Below the pieces are notes generated by a model that saw only the letters and a list, made by a program, of their open reading frames with translations, ran no database searches and was not told the origin of the DNA. Shown here one piece after another: positions 44,186 through 57,700 of a DNA stretch of 64,000 nucleotides (its first letter is position 1; each line of letters starts with the position of its first letter). Origin of the DNA: Macrostomum lignano (taxonomy: Eukaryota); NCBI GenBank assembly GCA_002269645.1, contig NIVC01000006.1, positions 124,001-188,000 of the forward strand, written 5' to 3'. The position numbers and the translations under genes are program-made.

Positions 44186-47100
44186 TCACCGAGCTCCTCT
44201 TTGATCGGGCGCTGGCGCTCTGGTAGCCGGCAGCAGGCAGAAGACCAAGTCCGACTTGAGCATGCGAAACTCGCTACTCGGGCAGGCGATCACTATGCGC
44301 TTGTTCGAGCCGCCGCCGCCGCCGCCTCCGCAGCCGCCATAGCTGTCTCGATACCTGTACACACCGAAGCACAGAATGCCATGTCTGCCTAGCAGTCTCA
44401 GAAACATCTTTCCGAAGGTGTCGCAACCAACCGACAATCGTTCGTCTATGAGCATGCTCAGCTGAGTGACCCGGGAGGCGGGTAAAGCCTGAGAGGCGTC
44501 GGCTGTCGAGCTACCGTGGCAGTGCTGGGCCGCGCCGCCAGTCACCAGAGCCGTGATGAGGCGCATGGCGCTGGAGTTAAAGTACACCGTGGCCAGCAGT
44601 GAGTCCAGCACGCTGGCTGAGAACGCGCTGCCGCAAGCGAACGCCTCGGTGTTGTGAATCTCTTCAATCGTGTCGTCATCGTCGTCGTCCTGGTCTAGGT
44701 ACTGAATATTCTTATCGATGAGGATCTCCGTAACTATGGGAGCTCCCAGTTCTTTTACAGTCTGGGGGACTGGCAGGCCCAGGGCTTGGTAATAGATTTC
44801 TGAGTTGCCGGGCAGTCCGATGGCTTTGATGTTCAGCGTGCACATGACAACTTCGCGGTCCACCAGGTACGGATCTACCTGATTGTCATCGGGTTCATAG
44901 CAGCGGCCTCCGCTTATCACGATACACATGTCGCATTGATCGATACCTGTCAAAGATTAGATATCAAATTAATTGGTTTCAATTTTGACAATAACAATAG
45001 TCTCACCTACATGACTCAATTTAACTTACCGGCAGCTCGCAAGCTGGCCCGTCGCATCGGTGACTCGGTCACCGCGTAGACCTCCGGAAAGTTGCACAGC
45101 TCATCCCACTCCCGCTCCAGCTGGTTCAGGTCGCACACGACCACAATGGGGACTAGGTCCTGTCTGTGGTAGGCGCGAGACCGCAGCGGAGCCACGAAGC
45201 TGCACAGATCCAGGTGACCTGTGGAATCCTCTCCGCCAGCAACGCACAGGACGTAGTGACCTTTGAATTCGGCCACTTTAGACCGGCCAGTCCGAACTGG
45301 TAGGAGGGCATCCGACATCAGACTTCTGTCCTCGCACCAGTGCGTGGATCCCGAAGCCGGGTCGTAGCTGCTCGGCTGTGCCGCTGTGGCTTCAACAACG
45401 GCATCTGTGGCCTGAAGGGAGCGAAACCGCTCCAAAGCGTCGCGCGCCGTCGCTTCGTCCAGTCCGAGCACCAGACGCATGTCGTCCTGCGTATCGGCCA
45501 GAAACAGTCCGCGACACGGCTTCCCGGAGCTGGGAATTTCAAAGCCTTCAGCCGAACCCGATGGGTTCAACAGCAGCGCCGATGCAACGTTTCCGCTGTC
45601 GTCAGTGTCGGCCTCCGGCATGACCGCCAAAAGGATGACGCCCAGCTCGCTGTAGCAGACGGCCGCAGCCTCGGCGAAGGTCATGCCGGCGAAGGCCGGG
45701 CCGAAGCACTCCGAGTAGATTTCGTTCGACACGCCAACTAAGTAGTCGGCCTCCCAAGCGTCCAGGCTGGGTCCTGATGGCAGGGACCGCGTGGCGAACA
45801 GGTTGGCCATCAGCGTGGAGAAGCCCGGAGCGGCGCAGCTCTGCGCCAACAGGCCGAGACGCAGCTCGGCTGAGCAGACGCACTCGTCGCCTTTCTGCCA
45901 GTTCCAGTTGGGAATGCACTCCAGGTGTTCTTTGCTGTGGTATTGCAGCAGTTGGACGATGCAACGAACCGAAGGGGCAATGTTCTTCACCGAGACGGCG
46001 CGCATTGTGTTCTCGGCGTCTTCTTCGTCGGGCTGCTCCGAGTCCTGACGGGCCAAGATGATGGCGGCTTCGGCTGAGCTGAGGCGAGCTCGCCTGTTGA
46101 GGTGTTGAGGCGAGAAGGTGAGCGTTACAGGCACTTCGTTGTGCATTATCTCAGATCTTTTATCTTATTGCAAAACTCAATCTCATTGGAGGTAGGATCA
46201 TTTTAAGTTACTATAATTTTAACCTAGCTCCAATGTAACCTAGCTCCATTGTAACCTAGCTCCATTGTAACCTAGCTCCATTGTAACCTAGCTCCATTGT
46301 AACCTAGCTCTATTGTAACCTAGCTCTATTGTAACCTAGCTTCATTGTAACCTAGCTCCATTGTAACCTAGCTCCATTGTAACCTAGCTCTATTGTAACC
46401 TAGCTCCAATGTAACCTAGCTCCATTGTAACCTAGCTTTATTGTAACCTAGCTCCATTGTAACCTAGCTCCATTGTAACCTAGCTCCATTGTAACCTAGC
46501 TCCATTGTAACCTAGCTCTATTGTAACCTAGCTCCATTGTAACCTAGCTCCATTGTAACCTAGCTTTATTGTAACCTAGCTCCATTGTAACCTAGCTCCA
46601 TTGTAACCTAGCTCCATTGTAACCTAGCTTCATTGTAACCTAGCTCCATTGTAACCTAGCTCTATTGTAACCTAGCTCCATTGTAACCTAGCTTTATTGT
46701 AACCTAGCTCTATTGTAACCTAGCTTTATTGTAACCTAGCTCTATTGTAACCTAGCTTTATTGTAACCTAGCTCCATTGTAACCTAGCTTCATTGTAACC
46801 TAGCTCCATTGTAACCTAGCTCCATTGTAACCTAGCTCCATTGTAACCTAGCTCCATTGTAACCTAGCTCCATTGTAACCTAGCTCATACAGTTTCTTTT
46901 TAGAGGAAATACTCCAGTAATTGTTAAAATTGATGAAATTGCGCCAAACAGCGTTCGCTCTCACTTGCAATCCGTCATGCTGAGGATGGTACCCTCCAGG
47001 TACACCAGATTCCGATGGTGTCGCTTCAGCAAGCTCTGAAAATCTGGGTCGGGTTTCTGCGGAAACAGGCAGACAACGATGATGCTGTTGGACAGTTTCC

Positions 47101-48929
47101 GATCGACGTGCAGCAAGTTGGCCAGAAAAGTGTCCACGGACTGGGCGATGGGAGCGCCGCTCACCACAATGTGCTTGTTGCCGTGCTCCGGCTTGTACGC
47201 GCCTGCGTGCCGGCTGCGAGCCGTGATCATGCCCGCGATCTCTGGGGTGTACGACGCGAACACAGCCAGCGCCACCAGGATGTACAGGCTGATGAAGGCC
47301 CGGCCCCAGTCCGTCTCCGGGCTGATGTCTCCGAAGCCGACTGTGCTCATGGTGACGATGGTGAAGTACAAACAGTCGCCGAAGGTGACGCCCTGTGATT
47401 GAGAGAGGATTGCGGGTAGTCTTTTTGTTTGCCTGCTTGTCATAACAAATGTTTTGATGCGATTAGATAACTCCTACAATGATACCCCAAGGAAATAACC
47501 AGGGACTCCTAGAACTTTATGGACGGAAAATGAGACGGCAAGTCTCATTTGAGCTCTGCTCAAAGACCTCCTGAGATTATATTGACTATCTGAGCTTTTC
47601 AGTTAAAGATTCTTTGCACAGTGCCTTTCTATGCTCTGAGCTGGTGTCAAATGTCTGTCATTTGAAAGACAGGAAGGTCGCAAGTCCTGTAGTTCCGCTT
47701 CTCAGACTCCCCAACTGCGTATGATGAGGTTAAACCTGATTTTCTCGCTCAGCAGCTTCAGAAGGCAACTCTGACCTGAGGGAGCAGTGTAACCTGGCCT
47801 GGGTTAATAAAATTATTGTCACAGGGGCAGAAAAGCATGGCAGTAGCGATTCAACACCCATGAGAGCCATCCCTCAAGGCACACAGATGCTTGAGGATTA
47901 GAAATTCAAGGCCGCTGTGCACCCTGTGTGAGTTTGTGCATGAGTGCGTGCCTGCGTACAGTGTTGGTGCTGGGGAGTCAACGAAATGGGCAGAATTGCC
48001 TCAGCTCTGCTGCTGTGAGACAGTGTCATCTCAAGCATTGCGCCTGGATGTGCACAACTTTCCTAGGAGTAGCCAATTCATCTTTAACTCACGCTGGTCT
48101 TCCCGATGCCATTCAGACTGGCCGAATTCTCCAGCATGTGGGTCGCGCTGGCCCCTAGAAACCAAACGCAGACAAAGATCGTCAGAAGTTGCAACAGACG
48201 GATGGCGGAGCCGCTGCGCAGCAGACCCAGCCGTTGCAGCACGTCCGGCAGGGAGGTGAGGTGCAGCACCCGGATGAACCGCAGGCCCAGCCAGTACTGC
48301 TCCAGCCACAGGCCCACGAAGGCTGGCGGCACAGTGCAATAGTCCACCAGCGACTGCACCTCCAGCCAGAAATGCAGCTTGTTCGGCGCGGCGAGAAACC
48401 TCAGACAGAATCGCAGCAGGTAGACGCAGTTGAAGGCCAGGTCGATGATCATCAGCGGACTCCGCGACCAGGGGAAGCACCGTTCGACCCGGCCGGCCCA
48501 GACCACCGCCTCGTATGCGTAGAACGCGATGGACGTCATGCTCAGCGCGAAGTTGAGCATCAGAGCGACCCGGCCAGCGGCCGTGTGCGGACTGACCAGC
48601 CGGCCTGCCAGTTCGCGGATGGCCAAACTGCATCGCCGTCGCCTTGACGACTGCAGCGAATCGCCGTCAGCTTCAGCTGCGGCTGCCGGAGGCGCTGCCG
48701 ATGCAAACACCCGGTGCTGAGTCGACCTGACGAGCCTGCGGTGGCGCAGCCAGCGTCTTATTGAAACCATCAGCTTCCAGGTGAGCAGGCAGGCCAAGCC
48801 GAAGATGAAGACAACAGCTGATGCGGCCAGGTGCAAATACCAGCGGTACACACCGCTGCAGCTGCCCTCGGCCTTTCTGTCAGCCACTGCACTTGGAGTC
48901 GAGCTGCTTGACTCTCCGGTCGATGCCAT
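44186..48929 (-). CDS. slo: Slo1/BK-type Ca2+-activated K+ channel alpha subunit, ~1029 aa. Exons 48093-48929, 46965-47392, 45030-46093, 44186-44946
   Basis: S0-S6 helices; pore TMSTVGFGD; FASYTPEI; RCK1 (EDAENTMRAVSVKN, SAELRLGLLAQSCAAPGFSTLMANL); RCK2 with Ca bowl QYLDQDDDDDD and FACGSAF. Splice phases 0/2/1 are consistent. Confidence 0.95.
46217..46888. repeat. 16-bp minisatellite (tgtaacctagctccat) in a slo intron
   Basis: About 41 units. Confidence 0.97.
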
Positions 48930-49140
48930 TTTTTTCAGCTGCTTTAGAAATGCTCAGCGATCAAGGACTCTATATTTATTTTGCAGAGAGATTTGAGCAG
49001 CCTAAAGACTCAAACCGAAATCCTCCTAACGTTCCCAAAAAATCCCATTGCTTACCTTTTCATCGCGCACACAATGCAATCTAAGGCCATATAGCCTCTC
49101 CTCATCCACCCATCCAATGAAATTCTGCGCACACGTCGGA

Positions 49141-49239
49141 AGAGAGAGAGAGAGAGAGAGAGAGAGAAATGGAGAGAATGAGCGAAAGAGACTCTCATTT
49201 CCTGCTGGTATTGAAGGCACAATCCGCCCTAGGAGTCGC

Positions 49240-49300
<61 letters not shown>
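49141..49300. repeat. (GA)n microsatellites upstream of slo
   Basis: Two runs, at about 49141-49165 and 49242-49300. Confidence 0.95.
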
Positions 49301-49303
<3 letters not shown>

Positions 49304-50666
49304 TGGCCATGGGAGATGGGAAGAGAGCATAGGAGTGGTAAACCATACAGGACCATACAGGGCTTGACTGTAAAAATATTAGAGGCTGACTGCATCGCCC
49401 CATCTATTGGCAAAAATACGCAGCAAGTGGGTCTATCGGCAGGTGCGCAGGACTGCAGTGCTTAATGATATTGCTAAACGACCTGGGCCACACCCATCTC
49501 TACCAGACGCCTCTGTCTGTCTCTGTGTGCAGGCAGCGATACTGCATAATGACTATGCACTGTATTTATGGACTAAAACGCTTTTAATTGCTCTCAAGGT
49601 TTTGCCATATTAGCATGGTACTGATAAGGCAAACAACTCTTTAACTTGAATTCTGAAAGCTTTTCTGATAACAATTTCAAGCAGGAAATATTTGGCTTAT
49701 TTTTTCTGCTATCATATCCCGAATCTAAAATTGCGCGTTAAAATTATTTGAAGCATTTGTTATAATGTGCGCTCAGTTTTGAAAATGGATTGCGGATGTA
49801 GTAAGTTTTAGTAACAGAAAATAACACAATAATTTTAGAAAGTGACTGTTCCTGGCAACAGAAAAGGCAGGCATTAAGTGAAACTACCCATATCGTATTC
49901 AAATTTAGCTCGTAGTTGAATGTCTTCTATGTTGCACAGAGTTGGTTGAGCAAATTTCACACGGATGGGGCTACTTATTACTTGAGCGATTATTTATTAG
50001 TACATATAAATCACAGTTTATAAGTAATTTATCGACCATTTTTTCTGCGATTTACTGTCAAATAGTAATAGAAATCATGGCAGTGCTTGCTGGAGTACAG
50101 GCTATTGTTGGCTTGTCTTCAACCCGGGATATTGTCAGCTTGCAGCAGACAGCTCATTGTCAAGCCCTCGGCTGAGCACATATATACCAGCATGATAAAA
50201 CAATCAAGTAGAAAAACGACTCCATTAAGTTCCAAAATCACAGGTCCGTTGAGACATAGACAAAGCGACCCTCGGAACCGATCGTGGAGTCGGTGCTGAT
50301 TGGTCGAGACGGTCGGGTGTACTGCGACTCCACGTCCCCGGTGTCGAATGCGTCATTCAGGACGCCGTCTGGGCTGTACACGTTCGAGGCACGAGTGTAC
50401 GGCGCTCGGCTGGGCGGTGTTCTGGAATTCGAGTTTGATGGGGATTGATGGCTCTGTGATGTAACCCTAAGAGATGAATTCTTTAGGCTGTTTCGCTTCT
50501 TCAGTGAGACTGCAAGATGACAGTCTCCTTGATTCGATGTATCTTAAGACTCCCACTTTTGTAAGATTTTTTAAGAAACAAATTAAATCTTAAATGAGAA
50601 GCCGAACATTCTGCTGTTGATTTACAGACTGCATATCTGACGACTACTACATGTACGAGTCACTAT

Positions 50667-51521
50667 ATATAGCTTTTTGCGTTCAAGTTTGGACTGCGGG
50701 CTTTTAATTTGAACACAGAGTTGAGCAAAGCCCAGAGAATGCTGGCTAGTCTATGGCACAACCCAGAAGCAACTGACGGGCTTTTAAATTCGACAGCGGG
50801 CACAAATTTGGACAGTCTTTTCCTTCCCCTTTCTCTTGCATGTTTTTTCTTGAGCCAGCGCACAAAGTACACGACGAGTTTTTTAGAAGGAAGAAACAGG
50901 CTTTGATAACGCAAGAGTCTTAAAGTTTAAAGTTTTAGAAAATTGTATCTAACGGTTTGGATAAGTTCAACGTTTGGGTCAAATATCCAGATTCATAACC
51001 TACCCTCAAAAACTGATTACTGTCGTTCTTAACTTTGATCTTCTTGTCTTCTGTGTCCAAATCATGGAGGAAAGAATAGAATGGAGTGCTAATCTGAGCC
51101 AGTTCTTTTTATCTCGCTCGATTTTCGCTTTTAACATCCCTTTCCCCCCGTCCTTTCCTATTGGCTCGTGACTGCCATAGACAAAGTATTTTTCGTCTCG
51201 TTTTCGCTTTCGTTCCCCTCTAAAAGGTCTGTCCCAGCATAGTACGAGCTCGCATCAAAATATGCTTTCAGCCAATAGGAAGGAACGGGGGGGAAAGGGA
51301 TGTTAAAAGCGAAAATCGAGCGAGACAAAAATAACTGGCTCAGATTAGCACTCCATTCTATTCTTTCCTCCATGGTCCAAATTTGTGCCCGCTGTCGAAT
51401 TTAAAAGCCCGTCAGTTGCTTCTGGTTTGTGCCATAGACTAGCCAGCATTCTCTGGGCTTTGCTCAACTCTGTGTCCAAATTAAAAGCCCGCAGTCCAAA
51501 CTAGAACACAAAAAGCTATAT
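50667..51521. mobile_element. Foldback/MITE with long inverted arms
   Basis: 50667-50813 is inverted to 51375-51521, and 51063-51166 is inverted to 51270-51374; termini lie in TA-rich context. Confidence 0.85.
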
Positions 51522-51905
51522 TGTTAGTTTCTGTTGTATACCGATCCGAATCCAACGTACTTTTATTTTCAGTCGTTGCCCCAGCGTTAATTTATTTGTC
51601 TGTGTCCCAAACAGCTCTACCGACTGACTCTATAAAGGCTTGCCTTGACTTATATCGTTAAACAAAATATACATTCAACTTAAGCTATGCTCTTTTAATA
51701 AAAGCCTTCGGCTCAACGCTGAATCAACGCATAAAACACAACAGTTTCCTACAGATTACGATGCTTAAAGTAGAAAAGCATGAACCGCTGATAGTGCATT
51801 TTACTACTTGGTAAATCAACATGCCAACTTTAATAGTTCGCATCCCGGCAACCCTTATTTTGATATTTTATTAGAGGCAGTAGGTTGTGTGCACCCTGGC
51901 GCACT

Positions 51906-53616
51906 TTAAGCGACATTGTCACACAACCGGCGAGACATTCCACCGACTCCCCTGAGCAGGCACACAAGCGCGCGGATACGTACGCAGTCATACGCACAGG
52001 CACACACTCACACAGGAGTGTACAGCGGCCCTGACTTAATTATCGTTAGGCATGTGCACTTCACTGTGCCTTGGGGGTTGGCCCTCAAGGGCGTTAATTG
52101 CACTAGCAGAGCCAAGCCGAGATTCCAATTTAGTCCCAACTTAATTTGACTGCACTTGGAATCGAGCCTGGGCCGCTGGCACACCAGAGCAGCTGCGCTA
52201 CCGCTGGACTACGGCCCCTCCCAACTACCCTTGACTCATAGGATTTGCCTGTACTCACTTCTTGCACACGAATTTAAAAATCAGAATGGTCGCAACGACC
52301 ATCAGGCCGCCAAGAGCCAGAGCTGACACCCCGATCACGGCAGGAGCCCCTGTGGGAAAGTCAAATAATTGAAATAATTTTGGAGTTCGTTCTCGGAGAT
52401 ATTTAAGTGATTTTTTGTCATTAGACTTACAGTCTTCTGGAGATGAGAGTCTTGAGAGTCGTCTCTAGACTCAAATCAAGGCTAGCAATAACTTACACGG
52501 TGGAAGTGCAGTTGGTTCGGGCGTAGTCTCTGGAGTAACCCCGGATGTCTCCGATTCAGTGTGGGACGTCTGAGTGCCTGTTGTTGATGAAGGTGAATGG
52601 CCCAGTGTTGTTCCTGAAGAGCTCGTGTCAGTACTGGTTTCAGTCGGGCGGGTTGCATCAGGTGAGCTGGTTTCAGTCGGGCGGGTTGCATCAGGTGAGC
52701 TGGATTCTGTCGGGCGGGTTGCATCAGGTGAGCTGGATTCTGTCGGACCGGTTGCATCAGGTGAGCTGGATTCTGTCGGACCGGTTGCATCAGGTGAGCT
52801 GGATTCTGTCGGGCCGGTTGCATGAGGTGAGCTGGATTCTGTCGGGCGGGTTGCATCAGGTGAGCTGGATTCTGTCGGACCGGTTGCATCAGGTGAGCTG
52901 GATTCTGTCGGACCGGTTGCATCAGGTGAGCTGGATTCTGTCGGACCGGTTGCATCAGGTGAGCTGGATTCTGTCGGACCGGTTGCATGAGGTGAGCTGG
53001 ATTCTGTCGGACCGGTTGCATCAGGTGAGCTGGATTCTGTCGGACCGGTTGCATCAGGTGAGCTGGATTCTGTCGGGCCGGTTGCATGAGGTGAGCTGGA
53101 TTCTGTCGGACCGGTTGCATGAGGTGAGCTGGATTCTGTCGGGCCGGTTGCATCAGGTGAGCTGGATTCTGTCGGGCGGGTTGCATCAGGTGAGCTGGAT
53201 TCTGTCGGACCGGTTGCATCAGGTGGGCTAGATTCTGTCGGACCGGTTGCATCAGGTGAGCTGGATTCTGTCGGACCGGTTGCATCAGGTGGGCTAGATT
53301 CTGTCGGACCGGTTGAATCAGGTGAGCTGGATTCTGTCGGACCGGTTGCATCAGGTGGGCTAGATTCTGTCGGACCGGTTGCATCAGGTGAGCTGGATTC
53401 TGTCGGACCGGTTGCATCAGGTGAGCTGGATTCTGTCGGACCGGTTGCATCAGGTGAGCTGGATTCTGTCGGACCGGTTGCATCAGGTGGGCTAGATTCT
53501 GTCGGACCGGTTGCATCAGGTGGGCTGGTCGTTGAGCCCAAAGTGTTCATGGGTGCCACAGTTATGAAGATGACAGCCAAAGCTAATAGCGCCTTTAAAT
53601 GGAAATCAGGGTGCAT
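51906..53616 (-). CDS. Mucin-like type I membrane glycoprotein, ~418 aa. Exons 52497-53616, 52259-52349, 51906-51951
   Basis: Signal-like LKALLALAVIFITVA; about 30 in-frame 30-bp repeats (DATGPTESSS/P); phase-1 donor T|gtaagt; exon 2 encodes a TM helix (VIGVSALALGGLMVVATILIF-KFVCKK); exon 3 gives a short tail. Confidence 0.7.
52155..52218 (-). mobile_element. tRNA-derived SINE head or tRNA pseudogene in a mucin-gene intron
   Basis: GGGGCCGTAGTCCAGCGGTAGCGC...GGCTCGATTCC shows A-box and B-box-like motifs; anticodon arm aberrant. Confidence 0.6.
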
Positions 53617-54112
53617 TAAAAGGCTCACTTTTTTGGTATATTGTTCAATAATTCAGAAGGTAACAAATACTAAACGTAATACTTACTATTCTGATGTTCA
53701 TTCCGAAGCTCGTTGGTTAGTTGTGCGACTTTTGATGTTTTTGTTTGCTTTGTAGGTCAGGATAGTCGGGTTTGGTAAAAAGTCAATGAATGCGCTGTTT
53801 AAGTTAAATACGTGCAGATCTGAGTAAAACCTCGAAACTTTAAATGCAAGCCACGTTTGGCCGTGGCAGCTACTTCTGATAAGAACTCGACGAATGGTGT
53901 CCGTTAGCTGCGCTCTCCTAGTCTATCGCTTTTCTCTGCAGCCGTACCTGTTAATATAATCTGCTCCATATTTTCATAGCTAGTATGCATTAATTGACGT
54001 ACTGAAGGTTGCTGACGTGGTATAAATGGAAAACCCTGTGACTCAGGATAAAGGATCGAGGTGTTGCCTATGTTATCCTTCACAGGGACAGCCACAGGTA
54101 CGAGTGAATGAG

Positions 54113-54755
54113 GACAGTCAAATGAGGAGAGTCAAATGAGGACAGTCAAATGAGGACAGTCAAATGAGGACAGTCAAATGAGGACAGTTAAATAAGGACA
54201 GTCAAATGAGGATAGTCAAATGAGGACAGTCAAATGAGGACAGTCAAATGAGGACAGCCAAATGAGGACAGTCAAATGAGGACAGTCAAATGAGGACAGT
54301 CAAATGAGGACAGTCAAATGAGGACAGTCAAATGAGGACAGTCAAATGAGGACAGTCAAATGAGGACAGTCAAATAAGGACAGTCAAATGAGGACAGTTA
54401 AATGAGGAGAGTCAAATGAAGACAATCAAATGAGGAGAGTCAAATGAGGATAGTCAAATGAAGACAGTCAAATGAGGACAGTCAAATGAGGACAGTCAAA
54501 TGAGGACAGTCAAATAAGGACAGTCAAATGAGGACAGTTAAATGAGGAGAGTCAAATGAAGACAATCAAATGAGGAGAGTCAAATGAGGATAGTCAAATG
54601 AAGACAGTCAAATGAGGACAGTCAAATGAGGACAGTCAAATGAGGACAGTCAAATGAGGATAGTCAAATGAGGACAGTCAAATGAGGACAGTCAAATGAG
54701 GACTGTTAAATAAGGACAGTTAAATTGAGGACAGTCAAATGAGGACAGTCAAATG
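54113..54755. repeat. 14-bp minisatellite (gaggacagtcaaat)
   Basis: About 45 units. Confidence 0.97.
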
Positions 54756-57700
54756 GGTGGGACCACATGGCTCATTTGAGTGCTGCTTAGCAGTTACACC
54801 ATATGTACATGTATTGCATTAACTAATCAGGTAACTAACTTGTAACAATGTTTAATCAGAACTTTTTATTCACAGCAGGGTTAGCCAGCAAGCATCGCTA
54901 CTCTGAGCGCATTTGGTTATCTCTGTCAAATCTGCTGCGAGCCCGCACGCTAATTTGCTGTTCGATAGACCATGACTTATACATGTCGTTAAGAAGCATG
55001 CAATAAATGAACACTTAGGGCGTTGCCGCGTGCACGCACCAGCTTGAGCGAACTGAGCAAACTGTTGTTTTTATCTCGACCATGGCAACTAATAAATGAC
55101 AGAGCTGGCCCAATCTTTTAGACTTGAAACTGAGTTAGAACTGTGGGTATGCGTGCGGCCTTCTGCTCTTGATCGAATACTTGTCAACAGCAGACAATTT
55201 AATAAACGTTGATTGTAAACTTGTGCATTTTTACACTGCATTTAGCTCGTTGTGGCTGCATGTTCTACTGTGCTTAACCGCGTCCGCCCACTTTGATCCG
55301 ACAACTTTATTTTTTTAGTCCATTTAGCTGATACGAGCTAAAATCTATAATTTCATTGCAACTGTACGAGCGTATGCAACTTTCATTGATTCAATATGCA
55401 GTGGCTAGCATATTATTGCTTCTTAAGGTTGTAGAGATTGCTGGAAATTACGAGCGTACATGTATTTGATTAATTGTGTCGCTGCTTGTACACGTAAAAA
55501 TAACATTCATAGGTGTAAGGAATAATATGTAACTACACATTCGTTCCCCCCGTTGGAGAGGCAAACAAAAGACTTGTTCACTTAATACACAGAAATAATA
55601 CATGTACGTATCCTTACAAATCCCGTACACAGCAGTTGGCTAGCAAACGGGGGTTTTTATATTTACAGTGACGGACGATGCCATGCGTTGGCTAATTGTA
55701 AGGTCGATGTAATTATTATAATTTACCTACATGTATTAGCGATGTATATATATCGACGTTAAATAAATCGGCAGAACGTTTAAATGCTGCACGGGACCAG
55801 CATTTAGTTCTTACTAATCAGCTCTTGAGCCGAAAATTATTATTTGCAAATTGATAAGTAAAAAGACGTTACATAAATTGTACGTAAAGCCCCGTGCAGT
55901 TCGATCGTTTTGCTAGGCACTCCAAAATGACCTGACCGTCTGTTCAGCTTGCTGCGCGGCACTGGCGATCTTTATTGGTGGTCAAGCGATCAGCGGCAAG
56001 GCCATGTGCACGTCAATGACTCCATATTGTCAGTAAGAGGTCACGCGCTCTGACGTCCTGTGTCCACTGTGCAAAAATGTAATGAATTAAGGCGATAATT
56101 TCAGATAATATTAGATCGGGGCCAGCCCGATGTCGATTTGTTAAAAAATTCCACTGGATCAGCATGCAACCGCGTATGTCTAGACAGACGACTGTTGAGT
56201 AGGCGCTGCTGCGGAGAATTGGGGCGCAGCCGGCCCGGCCCGTTGGTACCCCCAACATTACATTTATACCTCAACTTTACCGTCACTGATCCAGTACAGC
56301 GCAGCAAAAATGTTGTAACTCGTAAATATTTTTAATAGTCAGCAAATAATTGTAAATACACTGTTTTAGCGTGTTTTTCGACCTGGAAGATATTAATAAG
56401 ATTTTAGATCTACAAATTTTATGCCCTTAATAAAAACTGATATCTGAATGAAATTGCACAGCCTGGTTTCATTTTAGATTTTGAATGGTTTTTAGATATT
56501 AAATCTGTTTTTGGAGCTTTTAAGATTGAATAAATGCCTACACTTATGTGTGCATTTTTTCGGTATCATCAATAACGAAAAGTAATTGTATTTTCGCGCG
56601 AGAATTAACTTTCAAAATATCTGATGCGGTACTAGTTTTTGGTCTTCGGGTTATTACTGTGAACAGACGGAACTGTGAAGCCAGACATCCACTTACCTGA
56701 ATTGTTGGCGTTTCGGTAGAAGCGTTGTGCTTGTAAATATTGTACATTTTGTACAGATACTATAAGGTAAGTTAGGCTGTTATTGACATATTGTATTGTA
56801 TTGTAAGTTACTCAAAGTTTATTTATTGTAGAATGTAGGCCTGGCTACAAAAATAGGCCTAAAATTTTACTAGTTCGAATTTTACTTTTAGGCTATATTC
56901 TAATGCAACATTCTGATGTCATCAATTTTGAATTGCTTTTTAGGATTGGTATTGGCTTATAGTCTTGTAGATTAGTTTCATTTCTAGAATAAATAAATGC
57001 CTAGGACTATAGTAGCCATAGTCAGGATCATGGCACAGGTATGCTGGAATAAAAAGTCGGTAAAAAAGTGGTATGCTGTGTACGCTGAGATCGGAACCCA
57101 GTGGTATGCCAACGGACTGGGGGGTAGGGGTAGTAGTGCATGTGAATGGAAGTTTCAATAATAATCCGTTAAATAATAATGGAACGGAAGTTTAAAATAT
57201 TGTAAAAGTCAAACTTTAACAAAGTTTTCTTTTGTGCTGAAATTTCAATGACTTTAATGAAAGAAAATTAGCACTAGAAAAAAGGTTTTTTCTTTCCTTT
57301 TCAGTTTTAAAAAACAGTTAAAAAAATTTGATGCATCAGGATTTGGGATATTGTGGGTAGGCAAGGCAGGGCCCCACGCCCATGGTGCACCCCATACTCA
57401 GGAAGGTGTCACATGTGCGCCGGAATATATTTCAGCGTATTTTTGGAGTGTGCGCTGTGCGCGAAGCTAAAATATGAATTTGTGCGCAGAGGTCTACATT
57501 CGTTTATTGACAAATACATTGCTAGAGTACTAATGAGCCGTAGCACAAAAAACTCGGTAAAAATATAATTAAAACAAAACTAAAAAAATGGATAAATTTT
57601 TGTACTTTATGTAGGCTTTTTTTAACTCAAAACTGTTGCTTTTTTTAGCTCACGTAGAAAATTGTCAAAAAAAGCTTTAACTTTACAGTAAAATACCATT

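Noticed and set aside
52482-53516. MQPVRQNPAHL repeat ORF
   Set aside because: Alternate frame of the mucin repeat; lacks signal peptide and splice continuity.
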